DNA of 32,000 bases from an uncultured Desulfobacteraceae bacterium (GTDB lineage: Bacteria; Desulfobacterota; Desulfobacteria; Desulfobacterales; Desulfatirhabdiaceae), in contig CAIVVZ010000485.1 of the NCBI GenBank assembly GCA_903909505.1, positions 9,347 through 41,346 of the forward strand, written 5' to 3'. Positions 7,999 through 15,506 of the stretch are shown here, piece by piece. The position numbers and the translations under genes are program-made. The stretch's first letter is position 1. Every line of letters begins with the position of its first letter. The notes below the pieces were generated by a model, which saw nothing but the letters and a program-made list of their open reading frames with translations, was not told the origin of the DNA and did no database searches.

Positions 7999-10635
7999 AT
8001 GAGCACTTTTATTGATCCAAAATGGCACGATAATCAGATACAACACTTCACCAAGGTCCTGCCCCACTATCAATCTTATGCCCGGTTGATGGAAGACATC
8101 CTTTCCGCTGCCTGTAAGCTCTATGCCCCTTTGGCCATTGTCCAGGCCCGGGCCAAAAACCAGTCCAGTTTCGCGGAGAAGGTAGTGCGCAAAGCTGGCA
8201 AATACCTTGACCCGGTCCACCAACTCACGGATCTGTGCGGCGCCAGGGTGATTACTCAGACCCAGGTCGAGGTGGATCGCATCAGTCAATTTATCCAGGA
8301 CAACTTTATCATCGATGTGGCCAACAGTGTGGACAAGCGAGCAACTCTTGGCGTGTCCGAATTCGGATATCTTTCTGTTCATTACATTATCCAGCTTCCC
8401 AGCCGGGAAGACGGCAAGATCATGGGCGTTCCCATCCCGACCGAGCTGATTACCGGTGGATTCAAATCAGAAATCCAGATCCGGACACTGTTGCAGCATG
8501 CCTGGGCCGGCATCAGCCATGACAGCCTGTACAAGAACATGTTCAAACCGCCCGACCAGTGGCAGCGGGAGATGAACCGTCTGGCTGCCACACTGGAGGA
8601 AGCGGACCAGAGCTTTACCCGCTTTGTCAATCGGCTGGATACCTATGCCGCCAACCACGGCGCCTATTTACCGGCTGAAGAGCGCCAGGCTGAAATCGAC
8701 ACCCTGAAAATGATTCTTGAAAAAGAACCCCAACCTGAGTTGAAACCCCGTCATGCCCTGCGCATCGCCGGGATTTGCCGGGCTGCCGAAAACTGGGCCG
8801 AGGTGGTGGACGTGCTGACCCCTTTTGACAAGGAGGATGATTTCCAACTGCTGCGGGAACTGGGTTATGCGCTTTGCCGGGCGAACAGGCAAAATCCCGG
8901 CGGCGCCGATTACCAAAGGGGGTTGCATTTGCTCGAAAAGGCAGGCAGGCTTGACCCTGCAGATGCCCAGACCCATGACTGTCTGGCCTGGACCTTACGC
9001 AATGGCCGGCAAGCCGAAGACAGTCAAAGAGTCCATGAGCATCTGGCCAGAGCTTACGAACTGCAACCCGCCAACCCCTACTATCTGGCGGCCTATCTGG
9101 AAAGCGAGATTCTTTCCCACCAAACTCTCTCCCATATTTCCCTGATGCGCCCCACCCTCCTGAAAGCCATCGACACCTGCCGCGCCCATGTTGAGGCAAA
9201 TATTGAAATTCCCTGTGCCTGTTTTACCATGGGCCGATTCTACCTGTATCTGAATATGCCGGATGCGGGTTTGCTGGCCTATCTGGACGGGATGCGCCTG
9301 TGCCTCTGTGAACAGGGGCCGGCCCAGTACGAGCTGCTTCAGGCAGAGCTTGATTTCCTTTACCAGTTGGAGCGGATCAAAAATTTGTTGCCCGGCTACG
9401 ATGCGGCGATGCGGCTGTTGACCATCGCCAGATTCATCAAAGCCGGATGCCAGGATGTTGACCAGCAGCGCGCCTGTTTACCGGTTGCGGAAAGAAAAGA
9501 GGCGGCGCCTGAATCAAACACGGCTGAGCTGGACCCAGCTGAGATCCAGCGGCAGGAAAAAGCGCGCAGAAGTTTGATAGCATTGATGACGCGGGACATC
9601 ACGTATCAGACGCCCGTGGTGGCGGTTGCCGGGTCCTGCGCCACCGCCGAGGAAACGCACATGCAACAGTATCAGGACATGCTGATCGAGGCTTTCCGCA
9701 ATTACCAGGGGATCATATTTTCAGGGGGCACCCTGAACGGCATCGGGCGACTGATAGGGAACCTGATGGAGAAAATGCCTCCAGACGCCTCCAAACCGGC
9801 CAGTGCCTTTGCCTATCTGCCCCGATACCTGCCGGCGCATGCCAAGCCGGATGCCCGCTATCACCGGCATATCCACACACATGGCCAGGACTTCAGCCCC
9901 CTGGAACCGCTTCAGATGTGGATCGACCTTCTGGCTTCCGGTATCGATCCCCGGCAGGTGAAACTCCTGGGAATCGGCGGCGGAGCCATTTCGGCCTTTG
10001 AGTATCGTCTTGCCATTACACTGGGTGCGCAGGTCGGCATCATTCAAAACAGCGGTCGCGAGGCTGATGCCCTCTTGATTGATTCAAACTGGAAAGCTGC
10101 TGGCTGTCTGCTGCCCCTTGCCGAAGACCGGATGACCATCAAGTCGTTTATCACCGACCCGAATCCGATGATTGCACCAGACCGGATAGAGGAAATGGCC
10201 ATCAATGTCCATGAAGCCTTTCGCCAGCAGCGGATGAAAGCTCCGCGCAAGGAACCCAATCTCCAGCCCTGGGAGAAACTCTTGCCGGATTTCCAAAATT
10301 CCAACCGGCAGCAGGTTGTCTACGCGGTGGAGATCTTGCGTCAGGCCGGGTTCAACATTGAGGTGGCTTCAACCGGAGAAGATTTTATGTCCCCTGATTT
10401 TACCAAAGATGAAATCGATTTTATGGCCGAGATGGAGCATGGCCGCTGGAATGTGGAGCGTCTCCGGTCCGGCTGGCGCTATGGCCCTGAAAAAGATGAG
10501 GCAAGCAAACTCAGCCCCTATTTGATCCCCTGGAAATATCTCAACGATGAAATCAAAGGATACGATCGCGAGGCGGTGTGCAATTTTCCCGGTTTGCTGA
10601 GGCAGGTCGGGCTGAAAGTCGTACGAAAAAAATAA
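7999..10635 (+). CDS. RelA/SpoT-homolog (RSH) nucleotidyltransferase / TPR-like / SLOG (LOG-like) / RyR-domain fusion protein
   Basis: I place the start at ATG 7999, which has an AAAGGA RBS. The track's 7783 start adds 72 aa with no recognisable motifs. RSH synthetase motifs are all present at about 8140-8540: 'ARAKNQSSFAEK', 'DLCGARVI', 'GYLSVHY', 'EIQIRTLLQHAWAGISHDSLYK'. SLOG/LOG glycine motifs lie at about 9600-10070: 'VVAVAGS', 'IIFSGGTLNGIG', 'GIGGGAISAFEYRLAITLGAQVGII'. The RyR-type repeats lie at about 10180-10620: 'INVHEAFR...' and 'EMEHGRWNVERLRSGWRYGPEKDEASKLSPYLIPWKYLNDEIKGYDREAV'. Confidence 0.8.
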   Translation: MSTFIDPKWHDNQIQHFTKVLPHYQSYARLMEDILSAACKLYAPLAIVQARAKNQSSFAEKVVRKAGKYLDPVHQLTDLCGARVITQTQVEVDRISQFIQDNFIIDVANSVDKRATLGVSEFGYLSVHYIIQLPSREDGKIMGVPIPTELITGGFKSEIQIRTLLQHAWAGISHDSLYKNMFKPPDQWQREMNRLAATLEEADQSFTRFVNRLDTYAANHGAYLPAEERQAEIDTLKMILEKEPQPELKPRHALRIAGICRAAENWAEVVDVLTPFDKEDDFQLLRELGYALCRANRQNPGGADYQRGLHLLEKAGRLDPADAQTHDCLAWTLRNGRQAEDSQRVHEHLARAYELQPANPYYLAAYLESEILSHQTLSHISLMRPTLLKAIDTCRAHVEANIEIPCACFTMGRFYLYLNMPDAGLLAYLDGMRLCLCEQGPAQYELLQAELDFLYQLERIKNLLPGYDAAMRLLTIARFIKAGCQDVDQQRACLPVAERKEAAPESNTAELDPAEIQRQEKARRSLIALMTRDITYQTPVVAVAGSCATAEETHMQQYQDMLIEAFRNYQGIIFSGGTLNGIGRLIGNLMEKMPPDASKPASAFAYLPRYLPAHAKPDARYHRHIHTHGQDFSPLEPLQMWIDLLASGIDPRQVKLLGIGGGAISAFEYRLAITLGAQVGIIQNSGREADALLIDSNWKAAGCLLPLAEDRMTIKSFITDPNPMIAPDRIEEMAINVHEAFRQQRMKAPRKEPNLQPWEKLLPDFQNSNRQQVVYAVEILRQAGFNIEVASTGEDFMSPDFTKDEIDFMAEMEHGRWNVERLRSGWRYGPEKDEASKLSPYLIPWKYLNDEIKGYDREAVCNFPGLLRQVGLKVVRKK

Positions 10636-10657
10636 AACCAGTTAATACTGGTTTTTC
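10634..10657 (+). terminator. Rho-independent terminator
   Basis: AAAACCAGT-TAAT-ACTGGTTTT hairpin followed directly by a T-run. It overlaps the stop codon of the RSH-SLOG-RyR gene. Confidence 0.55.
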
Positions 10658-10789
10658 ATCCCCCCATTTCAAAAGCACGATTTTTTAATGGGATGGTGTA
10701 GTTGCAAATCGTCTATTATTGAATGGCGTGGGTAAGAAACATGTCAAACGAACCACAAAAAAAGGTAAGAATGAAGAAAGGAGAAGATC

Positions 10790-13663
10790 ATGAATCCATT
10801 TTCCTGGCTACGAAGGCGCAAAGATGATAGGCATGACGCCGCCATGGTTACACGGCTATCGCAAGCCATTCACCATGGTGAGTTGGGTGAAATCAGGCGC
10901 CTGCTCAGAGAGGGGGTCCGTCCCGATAGTACCGATGGGTCAGAAAGACTACCGATATGCATCGCGGCGGAGATTGGTAACGCACAGGCTCTGGAACTGC
11001 TCCTGGTAAATATCAGCCCGAATGCACTGGACCATGGGCGTCCCCCCTTGTTCTTCTCTGCAGCACGACTCCATATAGACTGTATCAAGCTTCTCCTCGA
11101 ATCAGGGGCAGACACAAATCTTGGGACTATCCAGCACAAGCATTTGAATCGGGAATTTTCCGAAATAGGCTCAACGCCTTTGCATGCTGCAATGCTAGCA
11201 TATAGCCCTCCATATCGAACTACTATGGACCGCTGGATACCTGAAACCCACTATGTCTCAGATGATATCCTCAGAAGAAAACACCAGTGTATTGAGCTTC
11301 TGCTCAAGGCGGGTTCGAATCCCGCGATTCAGAATGACGAGGGAGTCTCCCCCCTGGAGCTTGCACATGATCACCAGAGAGACTTATTATCAAAACATGC
11401 TGAACAATGCCAAACGGATTGCATCCTTGTCAACCCCCACCGGGGGTGGCCAGTATTCATCGCCAGCCGCCTCAGATCTGCGGGTTTGAAGGCTTTCGGG
11501 ATCTGCTCAGAAACGCCACTTGTTGACTGGAAACATGAATTGCTTGAGCACTGTAGTCCACGAACTTTAATTCTGGCAGAAGGCGATGGGATCGGCGATC
11601 TGTGCAAGCGTCTGACCGGTCAGAGCATGATAGACCTCCGTCACGATCTGAAACCGGGCATCTCAGCCTTCGAACAACTTGAAAACACTTGGAGATTGGT
11701 TTTTCGCTATCTCGATCTCACAGGCGACCAATCAGACTGTCTTTTCGGATTACGAAATCGAGACAAAACGTTCGATATTTTTGTTAGCTATAAAAGCCAA
11801 GATGTAAGAGCTGCCCGCAAGTTGACAGATGCCCTGTTGCAGCTTGGGCTAAGTGTCTGGATGGCTGAATATGAGGTGCTATTGACCGGCCAATTTGCCT
11901 TCCAGTCATCCATAAATGAAGGGTTGGCATTATCGAAACGTGCCGTGATTTTTAGCAATTCACGGTTCTCTGAGTCAGCCTATTGCCAGATGGAGGTCTT
12001 GCTGGCATTGCAGCTCATTCCAAGTTCGAACGTTCTTGAAATCAGGATGCCAGACGAGCGGCATCGTTTCTCGTCGCTGTTTCAGGAAAGGCCAATCCGA
12101 AGGATCGACTGGGACAACACGAGGCCCGATCTATCCGTTAATGCCGTATGTGAGCTTCTCGACCTCCCAGAATTCACCTGCGCTGGCACTGCCAGTGACC
12201 CTGTTGATTCATCTCATATGGAACTGACCTACCGCGACATCTGTGTACACTTGCAGATCGGTAAATGGCAGGCCCAGCCGAGTGAGCTTAATCTTTGGGA
12301 GAACATCTCCACCACCGCTGCAGAATTCACTATTCCATCCACAGACGATTCTCTGACAGGCCGACTGATGATTATGGACGCTGGCTTCGGAATACCAGCA
12401 GCAGAAGATGGCTCCTTAAAATTCCAGATCTCCCTTGACGATGATCGAGAACTCGCCCGGATCACAAGACAGTGTTTCGCTAACCACCACCGCTTCACTG
12501 CGCAGTTCGAATGCAGGGGAGTTCACATCTGGTGTTGGAGAGGACTAATGATGCCTGCGTTCACTTGGTTTCAGTCACCGCTCCTTTTGGAACCGGGTGA
12601 GTTCCGAGATGCGGCAATAGACACTTCATGGGATTTAGTCCGGCAGTACTCGCTATTTGTTGAGCATCCAGTTTCTGGCAGACGACTGGAGTGCCGCTTT
12701 ATTTTTAAGCAGCGAGGTGGGTCGGACGATGCGGATGAACGCTTTCGCAGATTCCTCGAACACTCTGACCAGATGGAGCAGATCGTATCCTCAACAAATT
12801 TGTCTCAACGACAAGAGCTGCCCTCTACAGACTTGGATCGCCCTATACATGTCGTTGAACGAGCAATCCGTAGAGCTATAGCTCTGATGGTTCTTGTTGG
12901 GCGAGCCTCTGATGAAGAGGAATATGCGGCTGCGGACGCTCCTCTCAGAAGTAAACTGACGGAGCGACTTAAGTCCATCGACGCTTGGATAGAGAACGAT
13001 GAGATAGCGCGTTTTCTCTCCCCGAGGGAGAGAAATCATCTATCGGAACCGTTAGGCAGTTGGCCGCCATATGTCCGGTTGGTCATGAAGCGAAAGCAGG
13101 CTCAGGTACCGGTTCTCCTGTGGCATGCGGGGATCGAACAGCGTCCGGCAGTCGCAACACATCTCCTTGCGGATATTTACAAAACAATCCATTTCGGAGT
13201 GATGGACGGATGGCAAATCCTGGTAGACAAAGCCATGGTCGCCACAGCACCTTCGGGAGGTAGTCTGAGCGATTTTGCAGTTGTCTGCATTATGACGATT
13301 GCCCGACTTCGAAACTTCCGCCAAGGAGTGAAGCATAATCCGAGATTTATTGAGGATTTTGAAGAGCATTTGGCGATGCACCAATGGAAGCGGCCGCTTG
13401 ACGCGACCCTGTTTCGGAGGAGCAGCTCCGGCGATCTGTATCTGTCACTGTTCAACCGGCCAATTGAGCAGATGTCGGATTACGAATGCATTATCGTCGA
13501 AGGTTATTCACAAAATCAGCTCATCGCATGTGATAATTTATCGATTCCATCTCCCGGGAGGGATTTCCGATCACAGTATACTGCGGACGACAACCTGAAC
13601 CGAATTCTACCAGCGTTCGCAACTCAGTACGCCGCTGCATGGCCGGAGGAAATGTGGATATAA
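10790..13663 (+). CDS. Ankyrin-repeat / TIR / large uncharacterised C-terminal region protein
   Basis: 957 aa with an AAAGGAG RBS. Ankyrin repeats fall at about 10850-11400 ('GNAQALELLL', 'TPLHAAM', 'IELLLKAGSNPAIQNDEGVSPLELA'). The TIR falls at about 11770-12150 ('FDIFVSYKSQDVRAARKL...SVWMAEYEV...AVIFSNSRFSESAYCQMEVLLAL'). The last ~500 aa have no motifs I recognise. Confidence 0.8.
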   Translation: MNPFSWLRRRKDDRHDAAMVTRLSQAIHHGELGEIRRLLREGVRPDSTDGSERLPICIAAEIGNAQALELLLVNISPNALDHGRPPLFFSAARLHIDCIKLLLESGADTNLGTIQHKHLNREFSEIGSTPLHAAMLAYSPPYRTTMDRWIPETHYVSDDILRRKHQCIELLLKAGSNPAIQNDEGVSPLELAHDHQRDLLSKHAEQCQTDCILVNPHRGWPVFIASRLRSAGLKAFGICSETPLVDWKHELLEHCSPRTLILAEGDGIGDLCKRLTGQSMIDLRHDLKPGISAFEQLENTWRLVFRYLDLTGDQSDCLFGLRNRDKTFDIFVSYKSQDVRAARKLTDALLQLGLSVWMAEYEVLLTGQFAFQSSINEGLALSKRAVIFSNSRFSESAYCQMEVLLALQLIPSSNVLEIRMPDERHRFSSLFQERPIRRIDWDNTRPDLSVNAVCELLDLPEFTCAGTASDPVDSSHMELTYRDICVHLQIGKWQAQPSELNLWENISTTAAEFTIPSTDDSLTGRLMIMDAGFGIPAAEDGSLKFQISLDDDRELARITRQCFANHHRFTAQFECRGVHIWCWRGLMMPAFTWFQSPLLLEPGEFRDAAIDTSWDLVRQYSLFVEHPVSGRRLECRFIFKQRGGSDDADERFRRFLEHSDQMEQIVSSTNLSQRQELPSTDLDRPIHVVERAIRRAIALMVLVGRASDEEEYAAADAPLRSKLTERLKSIDAWIENDEIARFLSPRERNHLSEPLGSWPPYVRLVMKRKQAQVPVLLWHAGIEQRPAVATHLLADIYKTIHFGVMDGWQILVDKAMVATAPSGGSLSDFAVVCIMTIARLRNFRQGVKHNPRFIEDFEEHLAMHQWKRPLDATLFRRSSSGDLYLSLFNRPIEQMSDYECIIVEGYSQNQLIACDNLSIPSPGRDFRSQYTADDNLNRILPAFATQYAAAWPEEMWI

Positions 13664-13888
13664 AACATTGAGACAGAAGTGTGTGGTTGTTTTTGGGGAC
13701 AGGGACACCACCCAAAAGACGGACGCCACGTTTGGAAAAATCACTTCAGAAACTCCTCTTGCCCTTGTGTCACAGATGCCCGAAAACGGGGTCATATTCA
13801 GTGATGGCATCGAATCGGATTTCCTGCAGTTCAATTCGGGAACCACCGCGACCATTGGCGTAGCTGCGAAGAAAGGACACCTGGTCAC

Positions 13889-14449
13889 ATGAAGGAAACA
13901 GGCAAAGCGGGCGGCATAACCTTCTGGCATCAGAAAGCGTACGCCACGGCATATCAGTTCGCCGCCGAGGCGCACAAAGGTCAGTTGCTGCCGGGGAGTG
14001 ATCTGCCGTACATCGTGCATGTCACTCTGGTCGCCATGGAAATCATGGCGTCGCTACAGTTCGAGCGGCAGCACGACGGCGAGCTGGCTATCCAGTGCGC
14101 CCTGCTTCACGATGTGATCGAGGATACGGCGGTTACCTATGAGCAGGTTGCCGAGACCTTTGGGAAGCGGGTGGCAGATGGCGTTCTGGCCCTGAGCAAG
14201 AACAAATGCCTTGAGAAAACAGCGCAGATGGAGGACAGCCTGCTCCGCATCCGGCAGCAAATGCCAGAGATCCGGATGGTCAAGCTGGCCGACCGGATCA
14301 TCAATCTGCAACCACCATTTCCATCCCACTGGAACAAAGAGAAGATCTTCCGATATCGGCAGAAGGCCATCACGATCTACAAGGCGCTGAAGGATGCAAG
14401 CCCATATCTTTCCCTGAGGTTAAGGATGATGATTTCAGCGTGTGGGTAA
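13889..14449 (+). CDS. HD-domain small alarmone hydrolase (SpoT/Mesh1-like (p)ppGpp/(p)ppApp hydrolase domain only)
   Basis: 186 aa. 'AAEAHKGQLLPGSDLPYIVHVTLVA' and 'ALLHDVIEDTAVTYEQVAETFGKRVADGVLALSK' match the RelA/SpoT HD hydrolase motifs (H...HD...ED). Confidence 0.8.
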   Translation: MKETGKAGGITFWHQKAYATAYQFAAEAHKGQLLPGSDLPYIVHVTLVAMEIMASLQFERQHDGELAIQCALLHDVIEDTAVTYEQVAETFGKRVADGVLALSKNKCLEKTAQMEDSLLRIRQQMPEIRMVKLADRIINLQPPFPSHWNKEKIFRYRQKAITIYKALKDASPYLSLRLRMMISACG

Positions 14450-14555
14450 ATTGCTGTACAAATGGCAACAGGGCCTGGCGTCCCCTTAATGATAATATGT
14501 GAACAAGGCGACGGAGAGACAGAGGATGCGGACTCATGCCAAAGCCGTCAAAGTC

Positions 14556-14584
14556 TTGACTTCGGCATAAATAAGTGTACACTT
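14556..14584 (+). promoter_or_regulatory. Putative sigma-70 promoter with a palindromic operator for the phd/vapC module
   Basis: TTGACT (14556-14561), a 16-nt spacer, then TACACT. The perfect 12-bp palindrome AAGTGTACACTT (14573-14584) overlaps the -10. A TACACTT half-site repeats at 14591-14597. Confidence 0.4.
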
Positions 14585-14618
14585 CAAATATACACTTATG
14601 AAACATGGAGGTTGTAAG

Positions 14619-14867
14619 ATGAAAATCACTGCAAAAGAATTACGGGGCAAGCCCGGACAGATAATCGAGATGGCATCTCGCGGAACTGAAGTCGTGATAA
14701 CGATTCGCGGGAAAAAGCTTGCCAGAATTATCCCTTACGCAAGCAAAAAAGGAAATTACTCAGATAAGGGAAATGAAGATGAGATATTCGGTTTATGGCA
14801 GAACAGGGAAGATATCGAAAATGTCGATGACTATATGAGGAATATGCGGAAAAGGAGGGCATTTTGA
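14619..14867 (+). CDS. Phd/YefM-family antitoxin
   Basis: Start at ATG 14619, with GGAGG 7 nt upstream. 'MKITAKELRGKPGQIIEMASRGTEVVITIRGKKLARIIPY' is the typical Phd/YefM N-terminal fold motif. The stop overlaps the start of the downstream PIN gene (TTGA). Confidence 0.75.
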   Translation: MKITAKELRGKPGQIIEMASRGTEVVITIRGKKLARIIPYASKKGNYSDKGNEDEIFGLWQNREDIENVDDYMRNMRKRRAF

Positions 14868-15241
14868 TTATTGATACGGATGTTCTCGTCTGGCATTTGC
14901 GCGGGAATGAGAAAGCACGGGATACAATTCACAGCAGCTTTCCTTTCGGCATATCCGTAGTCACCTACATAGAGTTGATTCAGGGTATGAAAGACAAGAA
15001 ACAGATGAACAGCTTCATAAAGCAATTAGCCAAATGGAATATCGAAATCGTTCAAATAAGCGATGATATATCCACTCGGGCCATGATCTACGTGGAACAA
15101 TACCATCACAGCAATTCAATGGAACTGGCCGATGCCTTGATTGCCGCTACCTGTACAAACAAGGCTGAAGTATTGCTGACAGCAAACGATAAACATTACA
15201 AGTTTGTACCAAATATCCAGATCAAGAGATTTATTCCATAA
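14864..15241 (+). CDS. vapC: PIN-domain toxin (VapC family)
   Basis: 125 aa, TTG start. The four PIN acidic positions are present: 'IIDTD', 'YIELIQG', 'LADALIAAT', 'TANDKHY'. Confidence 0.8.
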   Translation: MIIDTDVLVWHLRGNEKARDTIHSSFPFGISVVTYIELIQGMKDKKQMNSFIKQLAKWNIEIVQISDDISTRAMIYVEQYHHSNSMELADALIAATCTNKAEVLLTANDKHYKFVPNIQIKRFIP

Positions 15242-15248
15242 CTCAGCG

Positions 15249-15428
15249 GAGCTTGATTTCCTTTACCAACTGGAACGACTCAAGGATCAGTTGCCCGGTT
15301 ACGATGTGGCGATGCGTCTTTTGACCATCGCCAGATTTATCAAAGGCGAAGGCTTCCCTTGGAGTCGGCAGCGGGACCATTTCGGCCTTCGAGTATCGTC
15401 TGGCCATTACACTGGGTGCGCAGGTCGG
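15249..15428 (+). pseudogene. Collapsed remnant of a second RSH-TPR-SLOG-RyR gene copy
   Basis: 15249-15345 aligns to 9346-9442 (83/97 identical by hand count). 15367-15428 aligns to 9976-10037 (57/62). About 533 nt of the parent gene are replaced by 21 nt, and the two blocks are in different frames. Confidence 0.8.
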
Positions 15429-15506
15429 TAGCTCATAACCGATGCTGGAATCCAATCGCTAAACATGATATCTCAACTTTCTTGAATAAGTGGAGAATAG
15501 AACGTT

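Noticed and set aside
8627-9199. 190-aa minus-strand ORF rich in Arg/Gly/Pro
   Set aside because: It has the typical GC-rich antisense-frame composition and lies entirely inside the RSH-TPR-SLOG-RyR gene.
13607-14020. 137-aa minus-strand ORF spanning the ankyrin-TIR/SAH intergenic region
   Set aside because: It overlaps the 3' end of one well-supported plus-strand gene and the 5' end of another. It has no motif or RBS.
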